Positions 26,885-37,710 of a stretch of DNA of 42,188 bases are shown in pieces (position 1 is the stretch's first letter; the number at the start of each line of letters is the position of its first letter). Source of the DNA: an uncultured Aminicenantes bacterium (lineage in GTDB: Bacteria; Acidobacteriota; Aminicenantia; UBA2199); contig CBDAFS010000042.1 of NCBI GenBank assembly GCA_965195285.1, positions 1 through 42,188 on the forward strand, given 5' to 3'. Both the position numbers and the translations under genes were made by a program. Under the pieces are notes generated by a model. That model was not told the origin of the DNA, searched no databases, and saw only the letters and a program-made list of their open reading frames with translations.

Positions 26885-27861
26885 CAGCTATTTTTCTTTA
26901 CAAAAAACCACTTCTTAACCACATTCTTCACATTCTGACTCACCAACTCCCACATCCAGGGGATAAACCTATCATTCCACCTCTGGGGATGAATATTCAG
27001 CATGATTTTCTCCGGCAACCGACCTTCTCTAACTGCTCTTATAATATCATTCGTCGAATGAAAAGAATTTTTAAATTTTGTTATGTTGTTTGTTTGTATT
27101 TTTTTTTCTTCTTTATTCTGTATTCTTTCTTCTATCTTCTCTTTCCTTTCCTCTTGCCCCTCGCCTCTCGCCTCTGCATTAGTAATCGTGTTTGTGTTAT
27201 AAAGAATCTTTCTATCTTCTATATTCTTTCTTCTATCTTCTATCTTCTTACTTCTATCTCCTATCCCCTCTCCCCTCGCCCCTTGCCTCTCGCCTCTCAC
27301 CCGATCTCGTACATTATAGCTTTCCCCATCCCATCTCCTTCCTGTATCAGTTAAATACAATACCTCATTAAAATCAATATCAAAATAAGGTTCGCCAATA
27401 ATTCCAAAATCTCTATAATTGTATTTCTCCCACAATTTTCTACTATCCCATTTAGATAGAGGAGAACCATGCATACTTATGGTTTTAATATCAACAATTT
27501 TCCGAAATTCATTTAATTCATTTTTAAACAATTCAATTCCCTTGCTCAAGTTTCCTTTGGTTTTTGATAAAACTTCATAATGATAACCAATTTCGTGACC
27601 CATTTCAGCAATTTTTTTAATAATCTCTTTATCAAAAACATCTGAAACAATCCTGAAATAATAGCTTGCCCTAATTCCAAGTTCATTCTCAATTTTTGCC
27701 ATTTCAAGAGCATTTTGGGGTATAAGATCCACATCATGCCTGATGATAACAATCTTTTCAAGAGGAGATTGGATATAAGCCTCAAGAGTTTTGAAGGAAT
27801 GTTCCAGTTCAATTAAAGAATGCAATAACTGCTTGTATAATGTCATAGTAAAATCTTTCAT
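26884..27861 (-). CDS. Polysaccharide deacetylase-like (CE4) protein with repeat-derived insertion
   Basis: RHDVD, GHEIGYHYE, MHGSP, YLTDTGRRW, NIHPQRW; low-complexity insert at ~27100-27300. Confidence 0.75.
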   Translation of the reverse strand: MKDFTMTLYKQLLHSLIELEHSFKTLEAYIQSPLEKIVIIRHDVDLIPQNALEMAKIENELGIRASYYFRIVSDVFDKEIIKKIAEMGHEIGYHYEVLSKTKGNLSKGIELFKNELNEFRKIVDIKTISMHGSPLSKWDSRKLWEKYNYRDFGIIGEPYFDIDFNEVLYLTDTGRRWDGESYNVRDRVRGERQGARGEGIGDRSKKIEDRRKNIEDRKILYNTNTITNAEARGEGQEERKEKIEERIQNKEEKKIQTNNITKFKNSFHSTNDIIRAVREGRLPEKIMLNIHPQRWNDRFIPWMWELVSQNVKNVVKKWFFVKKNS

Positions 27862-27943
27862 TGTTTATTAATTTGATATTCTAGAAAATAGATTAAAGCT
27901 GTCACATGAATTTTATCCCCAAACTTCCAAATTATTCTTTTTA

Positions 27944-29008
27944 TTACTTTAATATAACTTTTTCAATTAATTGAATCATTTTTTCTGCAACATTATTCCC
28001 AAATATATCAGATTGACCATGTGAAGGCTCAAAACTACTAATAGTTTCTACAAAATTATCGGAATCAGGCTGTACTAAAACATTCCATCCATCATTTATA
28101 GTTTCAACCCATTCAGTTTCTGAGCGAATGGTTATACAAGGTTTCTTTAATATATAGGCTTCTTTCTGTATACCACCGGAATCAGTAATGATTTTGTTTG
28201 AATAATTTTCCAGACAAATAAAATCCAAATATCCTAAAGGATCAGTCAATATAATATTTTCAGGAACTATAATATTGAAATTATCAATCATTTTTTTAGT
28301 TCTGGGATGTATTGGAAAAACTACTTTCTTATTCACTCTGCCTAACAAATCAATTATTTTTCCTAATTTTTCGGGAATATCAACATTATATGGGCGATGT
28401 AGAGTTAATAAAAAATAATCATTTTTTTTTATTTTTATTATTTCTAATATTTTAGATAGTTTTTTAGCTTTCTCTAGATTTCCTTTTAATGCATCTACCA
28501 TTATATCACCCGTTAGAAAAGATCCTTTAACAAGACCCTCAATCTCAAGATTTTTCATAGCAGTCTCGGTTGGAGTAAACAAATAATCAGAAATATGATC
28601 AGTAACAACTCGGTTAATTTCTTCAGGCATTTCCCTGTTATAACTCCTCAAACCTGCCTCTATATGTAAGAGAGGTATGCCCATTTTCGTGGCAGATAAA
28701 GCTCCAGCTAACGTAGAATTTGTGTCTCCAAAAACAGTTACTAAATCAGGCTTCTCTTTGAGAAGAACTTTTTCCAAAGAAATAAGCATATTACCTGTTT
28801 GTATCCCATTATTCCCCGAACCTATTCCCAGGTCATATTTTGGTAAGTTAAGTTGAAGATCTTTGAAAAACATTTCAGACATGTTTCGATCATAATGCTG
28901 ACCTGTATGAACAATAACATTCTTTAATTTTTCTTGAAATCTCACTGATAACGGAGCAAGTTTTATAAATTGTGGCCGCGCGCCGACGATCGAAACGACT
29001 TTTTTCAT
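27944..29008 (-). CDS. wecB: UDP-N-acetylglucosamine 2-epimerase (non-hydrolysing)
   Basis: VGARPQFIK, HTGQHYD, GDTNST, HIEAGLRS, MPEEINR, TDSGGIQKEA. Confidence 0.95.
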   Translation of the reverse strand: MKKVVSIVGARPQFIKLAPLSVRFQEKLKNVIVHTGQHYDRNMSEMFFKDLQLNLPKYDLGIGSGNNGIQTGNMLISLEKVLLKEKPDLVTVFGDTNSTLAGALSATKMGIPLLHIEAGLRSYNREMPEEINRVVTDHISDYLFTPTETAMKNLEIEGLVKGSFLTGDIMVDALKGNLEKAKKLSKILEIIKIKKNDYFLLTLHRPYNVDIPEKLGKIIDLLGRVNKKVVFPIHPRTKKMIDNFNIIVPENIILTDPLGYLDFICLENYSNKIITDSGGIQKEAYILKKPCITIRSETEWVETINDGWNVLVQPDSDNFVETISSFEPSHGQSDIFGNNVAEKMIQLIEKVILK

Positions 29009-30102
29009 TTGAATCTCAGGTGATACTCCGGATTCTTTTTAATGGTCCTGGCGCTTTCAGGCAAATTTTCAACGAACCAGACCATGAAGGACGTGACATC
29101 GATTCTGTCTCCAAGCATTCGTTTTTGTCTTTGTCGCCATATTTCCTTGAGGTTATGTAGTTTTAACAATTCAGTTATTTTTTCCTGCAAAGAATTGAAT
29201 TCCTTGGGCAAAAAGGAATAACATAACCCATACTTCTGCTCGAGTTCATTGGGAACCGACAATTTCCCAGCAAAAGAGTTGCATTTTAGAGCCGGAGTTC
29301 CCAATACCGCAGCTTCCGAGGTCATGGTCTGGCTGTCACCGATAAACATGTTTGCATAATACAACAGGGAATGGATCTTATCCGGTGATAAACTCAATTG
29401 ATAGGTCTTGAACTCTGGGTCGATTTCATTTTCAGTGGTGATAAACACTTTTCCATTTGGACTCAGCAGATCGATGAGATGGCGCTTGTTTTCGAGTGTA
29501 AGGCCCTTGGCACCAACATCATGATGCGCCTTAAAGGCATTAAAACGAAGGATAAAATAAGGATCCCCCACATTCAATCCCAATACAGTTAAAACCGCTG
29601 GATCGGGAGAAAATCTTTTTGGATGCAGATAGGCCAATTCATGATATCCTGGATAGCCAATATTTTTTTTTTTATATTTTTTAAAGACAAGACAATCAGG
29701 AGAAAGGATAATTCCTGAAAACGGATAAGAATATTTTGTGATGAACGGGACAACATCTTCATCATCATCGCTTAAATGTATCGATTTCATTGATGTTAAA
29801 AAAGAAACATGATCATTTGTTATGGAACTACCCAATCCAATTTCAAATTTATATTTTTTTACTAACTTATAAGCTTTAAAATCAAATTGCAATTGCTTCA
29901 ATATTTTTCCTTTTATTCCTTCTCCTTTTGATCCTAAAAGAATATAAGGTATTTTATAAATATCTAATAATTTATTGATCATGTGATCTTTTTTTGTAAT
30001 CACAATTACAAAATGTTCTTTACGTATAAGCTCAAAATAGATATGACGTAATAGATGAACCTGCCCTGGATGATTTAATTCAATAAGAATTTTCATTTTC
30101 AC
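29005..30102 (-). CDS. DUF354-like GT-B fold protein
   Basis: HPGQVH, YPGYHELAYLHP, AHHDVG, GDSQTMTSEAAVLGTP. Confidence 0.8.
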   Translation of the reverse strand: MKMKILIELNHPGQVHLLRHIYFELIRKEHFVIVITKKDHMINKLLDIYKIPYILLGSKGEGIKGKILKQLQFDFKAYKLVKKYKFEIGLGSSITNDHVSFLTSMKSIHLSDDDEDVVPFITKYSYPFSGIILSPDCLVFKKYKKKNIGYPGYHELAYLHPKRFSPDPAVLTVLGLNVGDPYFILRFNAFKAHHDVGAKGLTLENKRHLIDLLSPNGKVFITTENEIDPEFKTYQLSLSPDKIHSLLYYANMFIGDSQTMTSEAAVLGTPALKCNSFAGKLSVPNELEQKYGLCYSFLPKEFNSLQEKITELLKLHNLKEIWRQRQKRMLGDRIDVTSFMVWFVENLPESARTIKKNPEYHLRFK

Positions 30103-31238
30103 CTGTTTATTAAATAAAAGGGAAGATATAGCTTTTCAAAAAACCAAGGTTTAATGTCATCAACCGCCCACACTGCACGTTCAATGGGACAAATTTTTCG
30201 ATTCCAATATGCATAGCCATTAAGTAATAGCTTAATTTGGGTTGGAAAATCCGTTAAAAAGTGAGCAAAGCCTGCTTTATTGAAACCATCAATTTTTTGT
30301 ATTTCATTTCCCGTCAGGAGACCATAGAATTGCTTGAGAAACGGAGTTTTCGCTTTGTTCGCGATGCTGTGCCATTTCCAGGTGCGGGCATTGACCTCCA
30401 GAAATTTATATTGATTGTCTCTTTCATCCAATTTAAACTCCACTTCGCATATGCCGTTATAGTTTGCCGCTTTAAGTATCCTTTCTCCATATTCTTTTAA
30501 AATCGGTACAATAGCTGTTTCGGCATAAGTGGTTGCATTCCCGAAATCAAGCGGGTGTTGGCGCATGCGGCAAGCCGTCAGATGAACATAAGTTTTGACG
30601 TTCAGGAACAAAAAACAGGCTGAAAATTGGTTCTTACTTGGTCCCTTTATGATTTCCTGAACGATAATTTCATCTGCGGGGATTAATCTTAAAGCTTTTC
30701 GATAATTTGATTTGAGTTGATCACTATCCCTACACACAAACACCTTCTTTTTAACCTGCCTGTAAAAATCACACATTATCGCGGGTTTTATAATGCAGGG
30801 GTATTCAATTTGAATATTATTAAGGTCACTCTCATCTGTGGGAAAGAAAGTGGATGCGATCGGAATATTTAGTTTGGCAGCAAATTTATAAGATTCTCTT
30901 TTATTGTAGAACAACCTTATGGATTCCCAATTATCCGTGCTGATAATAAAGTATTTTTCAAGTTGTTTTTTGTTCTGGCTTAACAATTTCACATGAAAGT
31001 CATTGGTGGGAAAGATGATCCACCCATTGTATTGCCCATTCTTTCCCAATTGATATAGCTTTTCTAACAAATCATTTTCAGTAGCCTTAATGAATTTCAG
31101 ACAGTATTTTGAGTGCCGGCCCAGGTTTAACGCGGTATGATCAATGAGAATCCCAGGAATGCCTTCCCTTCCAAAAATTCGCAGAATCCCGAGACCCTGG
31201 ATATGCCCCCCCAGAACAATTATCCCTGGTTTTTTCAT
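30099..31238 (-). CDS. ATP-grasp carboxylate-amine ligase (D-aspartate-ligase-like)
   Basis: IFPTND, YPCIIKP, IVQEII.G, RQHPLDFG, EVEFKLD, LEVNARTW. Confidence 0.85.
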   Translation of the reverse strand: MKKPGIIVLGGHIQGLGILRIFGREGIPGILIDHTALNLGRHSKYCLKFIKATENDLLEKLYQLGKNGQYNGWIIFPTNDFHVKLLSQNKKQLEKYFIISTDNWESIRLFYNKRESYKFAAKLNIPIASTFFPTDESDLNNIQIEYPCIIKPAIMCDFYRQVKKKVFVCRDSDQLKSNYRKALRLIPADEIIVQEIIKGPSKNQFSACFLFLNVKTYVHLTACRMRQHPLDFGNATTYAETAIVPILKEYGERILKAANYNGICEVEFKLDERDNQYKFLEVNARTWKWHSIANKAKTPFLKQFYGLLTGNEIQKIDGFNKAGFAHFLTDFPTQIKLLLNGYAYWNRKICPIERAVWAVDDIKPWFFEKLYLPFYLINR

Positions 31239-31248
31239 TGGATACTAA

Positions 31249-32169
31249 TCACTTTGCAATATCCCGGTATATTGAAATGATTTTTTTGGCAATTGTTTGA
31301 TCATCCAATCCCATAGCAATGATTTTTTCTCGGCCCAAGGTCGAACAATTAAATTTCAGAGCCAATAATATTTTATTTTCCAGATCTTTAGGATCGAAAT
31401 CACACAAAAAACACCCAGCTACTCCGCCAATGATTTCTGCAACATCGCCCACAGCGGTGGCCACGATAGGCCGATTGCAGGACATGGCTTCCTTGATGAC
31501 GTTCGGTGATCCTTCGCGTAGGGAGGTTAAAACCACTACTTCCGCTGCATTGTAATAAAATGGCATTAATTCGGTTGGAACTTTATCCAAGCAATGCAGT
31601 TGGATTTTGTTTAATTTAATCCGGTCAAAAGCATTTTGTGTCAATTGAAAATTCTTTTCAGGCCTTTTAGGATTTGCTGCAAAAAGGATATGCTGGCAAC
31701 TCGAATTCCATTCTGCATTTTTTAAGGCTTCTTCTTTCGCAAGTGGAATAAATTTATCAATATTCACGCCATTGGGAATGACTTTAACCAGGCATTTCCC
31801 CAATGATTCCTTCATTTTATTCGATTTGACTATTGTTTTATTCCAATATTTTTTTATAAAAAACTTTTGAAGCATATTTTTTTTATTTAAACTCAAATCA
31901 CTACCCATAAGAGAAACGATCAATGGCTTGGCACCAGCCAAAGCCGCGACATACCCTGACAAGGCATAATGCGCATGAATCAGGTCATATTGCGAAATTT
32001 TCAAATGTTTCTTCAGTAAAAAAATATTGCTTAAGTAACCCCGCAATCCCTTGCCAATAATCGGAAAAATTGCTGTATCAATACCATTTTCTTGAATTGA
32101 TTTTATCTGATTTTTTACTAAAAGAGAAACAGCGCCTGAATTCCCACTGGCAACGAACAATACTTTCAT
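31249..32169 (-). CDS. GT4 glycosyltransferase
   Basis: IHAHY, IPNGV, EKN, EGSPNVIKEAM, TAVGDV. Confidence 0.9.
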   Translation of the reverse strand: MKVLFVASGNSGAVSLLVKNQIKSIQENGIDTAIFPIIGKGLRGYLSNIFLLKKHLKISQYDLIHAHYALSGYVAALAGAKPLIVSLMGSDLSLNKKNMLQKFFIKKYWNKTIVKSNKMKESLGKCLVKVIPNGVNIDKFIPLAKEEALKNAEWNSSCQHILFAANPKRPEKNFQLTQNAFDRIKLNKIQLHCLDKVPTELMPFYYNAAEVVVLTSLREGSPNVIKEAMSCNRPIVATAVGDVAEIIGGVAGCFLCDFDPKDLENKILLALKFNCSTLGREKIIAMGLDDQTIAKKIISIYRDIAK

Positions 32170-33224
32170 TTCAATTTATCTTTAATAAGGGAAAGGGCAT
32201 GCTCGAGCCGGAGATCATAAGAAAGATTGCCATTGAACATCCCCTCTTCAAATACCCATTTGTTTTCAATAAACCTGTACCTTCCAGGTTTTCCATCCAC
32301 CAGCATCTGGTAAGGATCTGATTGCCCGAAAAAACATTGTATTTCATTGACCAGGAAAGTATTGTCTTTTGTGAATACATCAATTGCCACAGATGCTATG
32401 CCGGTTTTATCAGTTATGGTTTTAATAAATTCCAATAAGGAATGCGGGACAGAATCGTACGCTTTAAGCAAAGTGCCGCTTGATTTGTTATTTTTCGCGA
32501 TTTTTTTATGGGCAAAGAATGAATCGCCGATTCTGACACAACGCCATTCATAAGTGTGAAGTATAAACTCCTGCAGGATGATGAATCCCTTTTGCTTTTG
32601 GCTGGCCGTGGATGAATAATCTTTCAGGCGTTGTTTAATAAATCCTTTTTTTGTGACCGCTTTTTTGATCTTGGTTATCAGAGATCCCTTGGAAAACTTT
32701 GGCCCGGTTTTGGTTCCAACCCCTGTAACAAAAGCTTCTTTGCTATAGCGCAATAAATCTTGGCGGGTGTTTATCAGAACCACTCCACTCCCGGAGGCGC
32801 CGATATTCGTTTTCCCGACAACGGGGAATATGTTTCTTGAATTTGCAAAATCCGAAGCTTTTTTCTCGGAGTAAAATACAAACGTGCCCGGATGCGGGAT
32901 ATTATTGGCACTCAGCCAATCATTTAACAGGCGTTTGTTCTCATAAATAAAAACCTCGGCAGGTGAAGGATAAACCATTTTTTTGAGAACCTCGGAAATT
33001 ATAAAAACCCTTTCATCGTACAATCGTTTAAAATGCTCCAAACGCCCGGGCGGCCTCAGCAGGTAAAAGTCGTAGTTTTTGGCTGTAACCCGGGATAACC
33101 AATTGGTCTCCGTAATATCAATCACATCATACAGTATAATATCCTGCTTCTTTTCGCACGAGCTTATCCATGGCTCATGATCAAACTGGGTTTCATTTTT
33201 TAGAATAGCTAAAAGATATTTCAT
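32166..33224 (-). CDS. RimK-like ATP-grasp protein
   Basis: YENK, FPVVGKTNIGASGSGV, LQEFI, EWRCVRIG, LVNEI. Confidence 0.85.
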   Translation of the reverse strand: MKYLLAILKNETQFDHEPWISSCEKKQDIILYDVIDITETNWLSRVTAKNYDFYLLRPPGRLEHFKRLYDERVFIISEVLKKMVYPSPAEVFIYENKRLLNDWLSANNIPHPGTFVFYSEKKASDFANSRNIFPVVGKTNIGASGSGVVLINTRQDLLRYSKEAFVTGVGTKTGPKFSKGSLITKIKKAVTKKGFIKQRLKDYSSTASQKQKGFIILQEFILHTYEWRCVRIGDSFFAHKKIAKNNKSSGTLLKAYDSVPHSLLEFIKTITDKTGIASVAIDVFTKDNTFLVNEIQCFFGQSDPYQMLVDGKPGRYRFIENKWVFEEGMFNGNLSYDLRLEHALSLIKDKLK

Positions 33225-34996
33225 TTTTTTGTATAATGCTTGTACTGAAGATAATGCATCACGATGTTCGAATAACGATGCAATGGACTCTCCATGGTCA
33301 AGCCTGGTTGGCGTTCAAGCACGATCAGAGCATTCACGACATCATAGATGCCATTAATTGGACTATTTTTATCGGCAATTATTTCGTTCAGCCATTTTTT
33401 AAGAAAAGACCGGTACGCTTTATTATAGGAGAAAGTTGCAGGATATTTTTTTCGCTCAATTAAATATCTGACAGTTTTTAAAACCGCCCAAAAAAGAGAA
33501 CCCCTCAAGAATTCCTTGGTATTGTACGAACCTCTTTTTGCAAAGGGGACGCAATCCAATCCGGGATAAAGGATGTGTTGAACATTTAGATTAAATTTAA
33601 AAAGGGCATAGCGCTTCAACAGGTTCCTGGATTTGTTGTCATGGAAAAGAAAACTGAAATATGAAGAGAAGAGTGCCTCGAGAAAATCAATATCCAAAAA
33701 AAGGGGAATGGGATAATCCAATATATGTATGGCGATTTGCAGATCCTGGCTATGATGCAACATCCCTATTTCAAACAACCCGTGAAATTGCCTTACCCTT
33801 TTGCTAGCTGAATCATCAAACGTTTTAAGCTTTAACAGTTTATCTTTAATGTCAGGAATATCCACAACCTCTGGTTTGATGAAGTTTTTTTCCAAAATAT
33901 TGGGAACATTCCCAAAATGATGGCTATCGTTTTCCCAGGTGTTCGTCAGAAAATCTGTAAAAATCAGGTTGTCGTAATAAACACCCATCAATAATTCGCC
34001 CCCCATATACCCAGTATAATACGCGGCATTTTCACCCTGCAATTCAGCCAATCTTTTCATGGCAAAAAACCGATGGCTTCGATGAATATTGATCAAAGGA
34101 TTGTCCAGCGCAATAATTTCGTCAGCAGTGGCATCAAACCACTCGACTGTTTTCGGAGGGTTGATTATTTCGTGGCGGATACCAGCATGAGCGGCCAATG
34201 TCTTTGCATAAACAGCATCCCTTGACAAAGGATCGCCATAGGTCATCCCGAGCGGCTTTATCCCTTCTGAAAGCAATGCGGCCAGGGTGGTGCGGCTATC
34301 CTTGCCACCGGTTAAGGTAATAGCATTTTCGGGTGGATGGAGAAAATGGTTGTATACCTGTATATTCTGCCGGAAGAGGCTGGCGAAAATACTGAAATCT
34401 GTTTCTCCTTTGTCTTTTTTTAGAAGCGTATCATGTTTCCAATAGGTTTCGATTTGGGGATTGTTTTGAGGGAATGTAAGAATGGTTGCCGGTTGCGAAT
34501 AGTATGTCTTCGAAAAAAGGGTTTCTCCATTTATCTCACGATTAAGCAGAGTTTTAATTGCCAAAGTATTGCAATTCAGATCATGATTTCCGGAAATATC
34601 TGTTATTCGTTTGAAGGAATTCGAAACACAAAACAGGTTTTGATTGATCGAGTAAAAAAACTTACTGATTCCCAAATGGTCATTGAATACTTTAATGGTT
34701 TCATGATCAACGATAACAATACAAAATATCCCTTTAATGAATTCGGTCAAATTATTGCCATATTTCCGGTATAATATCGAAATCATTTCATACTGACTCA
34801 GATTTTTATATTCAGTATTTAATTCATTGCGAGGAAGCACATAACCATCAATTAAAACTTTAATTTCTCCGAAGGTTTTAACTACTTCAATTTTAGCAAA
34901 AAATTGGATATTATTAGAAACTGAGATTTGATTCAAATCAACAGGTTGCCCTTCTTTTAACTGATTTTTAGATGTAATTAAAAAATCACTTTTCAT
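33221..34996 (-). CDS. Asparagine-synthetase-related amidoligase (no N-terminal catalytic Cys)
   Basis: IKG.F, DHLG...FFY, PP-loop LTGGKDSR, TYG...D, TGYMGGE, FLD.DF. Confidence 0.8.
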   Translation of the reverse strand: MKSDFLITSKNQLKEGQPVDLNQISVSNNIQFFAKIEVVKTFGEIKVLIDGYVLPRNELNTEYKNLSQYEMISILYRKYGNNLTEFIKGIFCIVIVDHETIKVFNDHLGISKFFYSINQNLFCVSNSFKRITDISGNHDLNCNTLAIKTLLNREINGETLFSKTYYSQPATILTFPQNNPQIETYWKHDTLLKKDKGETDFSIFASLFRQNIQVYNHFLHPPENAITLTGGKDSRTTLAALLSEGIKPLGMTYGDPLSRDAVYAKTLAAHAGIRHEIINPPKTVEWFDATADEIIALDNPLINIHRSHRFFAMKRLAELQGENAAYYTGYMGGELLMGVYYDNLIFTDFLTNTWENDSHHFGNVPNILEKNFIKPEVVDIPDIKDKLLKLKTFDDSASKRVRQFHGLFEIGMLHHSQDLQIAIHILDYPIPLFLDIDFLEALFSSYFSFLFHDNKSRNLLKRYALFKFNLNVQHILYPGLDCVPFAKRGSYNTKEFLRGSLFWAVLKTVRYLIERKKYPATFSYNKAYRSFLKKWLNEIIADKNSPINGIYDVVNALIVLERQPGLTMESPLHRYSNIVMHYLQYKHYTKK

Positions 34997-35079
34997 TTTT
35001 CAAGTAAATCCTGAATTAGAGAAGTTTCAAAATATAGTTTGAATAATTGTGCATGAAAAAAATCACATCCCGAATTGGC

Positions 35080-35316
35080 TTATACAATAATAGGTCCGTT
35101 ATACAAGCGCATGACCATTTCTTCCTTTTGCAGATGCTTATAGTTATCGAAGCAGAACTCTCTGGGGATGATATACCCTTAAATGCCGATATGTAAATTC
35201 TCGTCCGCATAGGAAACGACGAAATCGTGGGTATCATAGAGAAAAAAGACATTGCCGTCGATCCGGCGTAAGAATTCATTCGCCAACGGTTTCCTAGCTA
35301 ACAGCCAATCAGGCAT
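35080..35316 (-). pseudogene. N-terminal remnant of an Asn-synthetase-like gene
   Basis: GGAGG RBS; MPDWLL...HIGI*GYIIPRE..NYKHLQKEEMVMRLY resembles VLIDGYVLPRN..EYKNLSQYEMISILY of 33221-34996; TAA at 35179-35181; truncated. Confidence 0.65.
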
Positions 35317-35432
35317 AGGCAAATTGCCTCCATTGTCTTCGGATTATGGACGGCTCTTTTCCAGAGCACGCGGGAATTTGATCCGAAAGTTCCTGTGAGA
35401 GAAAAGAGAAAAAGAGATGCGATCATTTCTGT

Positions 35433-35870
35433 CTACAATCCGCTCAATGCGGTCTTAATGATATCCAGGTTCGCTTGTTTGGAAAATCTGGCCTTAGCGA
35501 TTTCGCTGTTTCTATTTCTGTTTGGCAAATGAAACTCAAACCGGCTGATCACTTCAATCATGTCATCGATGTGATTGTTAACCACCATCCCGAGATCATT
35601 GGTTCGGATAAAGTTCGAGTAATCGCCGATATGATCAGAGGCCAGAACCGGCAACCCGGCCAGCAAATACTCTGCAAGCTTGGTGGGTGAAGCCACTTGA
35701 TTTGTCGCAACGTCGTCCCTTAAAATGATCCCGATATCCGCAACATTCAAGAACTGATTGATTTCAGCATGATCGTTTATAGATTTAATTAATATTTTAT
35801 CTTCTGACATGTGATGGCTGTTTTTAAGTTTAATGGCGATATTTGTATCCGGGGTCAGGCAGATAAAATA
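35433..35870 (-). pseudogene. C-terminal fragment of a GT4 glycosyltransferase
   Basis: YFICLTPD...ADIGII.R...ASPTKLAEYLLAGLPV; N-terminal domain missing. Confidence 0.75.
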
Positions 35871-36574
35871 GTTCTACTGTCCAGACCACCTGTCAACGAA
35901 AGTGCTACATGTTTTGGCTTGAGACAGATATAGTATGATTTAACTATTTCTGAAAAAATCTCAATGAATTCTATTGAAGATTTAACTGTTTTTTCACAAT
36001 GTAACAATTCTTCACAATCCCAATAATTCTCCATATGGAAATTTTGACCAAGAGATATGCACGCTGCTGGAGGACTATAAAAAATATCTTTTATAAAGGT
36101 CAATCCATCAATATATTGATGCATTAACATATAGATTGCTATACTCTCGCGATCTGGATAAAAATAATTTGTCTCTGTTAAATGTTTCAATTGGTTAGAT
36201 ATTGAAAATTTGCTCCCCTTATTGGTGTAAAAAAATTTTTTAATGCCAATTCTATCAGAAAAAATATTGATTTTATCTCTAGAGGCCAATAAAATCGTAA
36301 AACTTCCTTTTACACGATGAATCCAGTTCGACCTATGATCCCGAAAAAGACGGAAAACCATTTCTTCAGGATTAAAAAAGGAAATGTCTGATATATACTT
36401 CATCCGGGGCAATACTTAACCATCAATCAAAACAAAATATTGTTGATTATTGGATTCAAATTGCATAACATTCTGTTTTTGGGCATAAAAGACAAAATTC
36501 TCACCCTTTACAATAGTATCCAGGTTACTAATTTTTGGAATGTCCTTTTGGCTCACTACCCAAGTTCTATACAT
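35855..36574 (-). pseudogene. Disrupted Asn-synthetase-like gene
   Basis: ATG at 36574, in-frame TAA at 36416-36418 (IDG*VLPR versus IDGYVLPR), ends just after LTGGLDSR. Confidence 0.8.
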
Positions 36575-36587
36575 TTCAATTTTCCAA

Positions 36588-37673
36588 TTAAGATTTCATT
36601 AAATTCAGGTAATATTCTTCAAACTGTTTTATAATCTTTTGAACTCCGCATAAATCATAAATTCGCTTTTTTCCATTTTTGCCCATTTCATAACCTTTCT
36701 CGGGATTTTTGAGAATATAGATGATCTTATTTGACAATGCTTCCGCATCCTTCTCCGAGATAAGAAATCCTGTTTCCCCTTCAACGACCAATTCGCTATT
36801 TCCCCCCATATCAGTTACAATCACTGGTTTTCCACATGCCATATATTCCATAATGCTATTGGATAAACCTTCGCCACTTACATCATTACAGAGCACACAT
36901 ATATCCATGTTTTTTACATAATCAAATACATTTTCCACAAATCCGGTAAAATGGAAAGCTTCTTGATGCACATTGTTTAATAAAAATCCCTCATATATTT
37001 CCCGGTCAGGGCCATCACCAATTAGATAAAATTTAAGTTCTGGAATACTTCTTAAAGCAATAAGGCCTCCTTTAATAAATGTCAAAAAATCTTTTTTCCA
37101 GCGCATGTTGGCAACCATTCCAATTTTTATATTACCTGATAGATTTGGTTTTCTTTCTGTTTTTCTATATTTTTTATCAAACAAATTGTATATAACTTTT
37201 GCTTTCCGATAGTGTTGAATTCCATATGAATTGAGACCTGAAAAAGAATTGGATAGGATAGGGATACCAAGTAAAGAAAATAATCTTACTTTTTTCTTCT
37301 GTAACCATAGGGGTTTACTCTTTCGAAATATAACATGTGAAGGTGCAGATCTAATAGAACCGTCAATAAATTTTACACGGCTAAAGCGGGTTGACAAGTA
37401 ACCAATCACACTGGAAGTAAAATCCCATGTATGACAGATATCAATATCATAAATCTTTATAATTCGTCTTATTTCAAATAACAAGCCAATCTTTTTTTTT
37501 TTTATAATATAAAAATTAACCTCCTTTGAAAAATTTTTAACCAAGTCTTGGTCACAGTTTGTAGCAACAACCAAAACCTTAATATCATGCTGAACCATAT
37601 TGTTGGCGAGAAGTAAAATTTGTTTTTCAGCCCCGCCGGTTTGTAATGAATTCTTAAACAATAAAATGTTCAA
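36588..37673 (-). CDS. GT4 glycosyltransferase
   Basis: GGAEKQ, GDGP, EGLSNSIMEYMACGKPV, GGNSE. Confidence 0.92.
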   Translation of the reverse strand: MNILLFKNSLQTGGAEKQILLLANNMVQHDIKVLVVATNCDQDLVKNFSKEVNFYIIKKKKIGLLFEIRRIIKIYDIDICHTWDFTSSVIGYLSTRFSRVKFIDGSIRSAPSHVIFRKSKPLWLQKKKVRLFSLLGIPILSNSFSGLNSYGIQHYRKAKVIYNLFDKKYRKTERKPNLSGNIKIGMVANMRWKKDFLTFIKGGLIALRSIPELKFYLIGDGPDREIYEGFLLNNVHQEAFHFTGFVENVFDYVKNMDICVLCNDVSGEGLSNSIMEYMACGKPVIVTDMGGNSELVVEGETGFLISEKDAEALSNKIIYILKNPEKGYEMGKNGKKRIYDLCGVQKIIKQFEEYYLNLMKS

Positions 37674-37710
37674 TTTTTAAAACGTTTATAATTCAATACT
37701 TAAAAAATAA

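Noticed and set aside
19845-27354. Plus-strand ORFs such as 19845-20105, 20317-20541 and 26746-27354, and other antisense ORFs
   Set aside because: Low-complexity shadows of repeats or of minus-strand genes, with no recognisable motifs.
33221-34996. Lasso cyclase for the YxxP precursor
   Set aside because: It lies 28 kb away among glycosyltransferases, there is no lasso B protease, and the precursor lacks Thr at -2 of the putative core and is explained by the adjacent rSAMs.
35016-35279. 87-aa ORF as a real gene
   Set aside because: An alternative frame carries the Asn-synthetase-like remnant with its own RBS.
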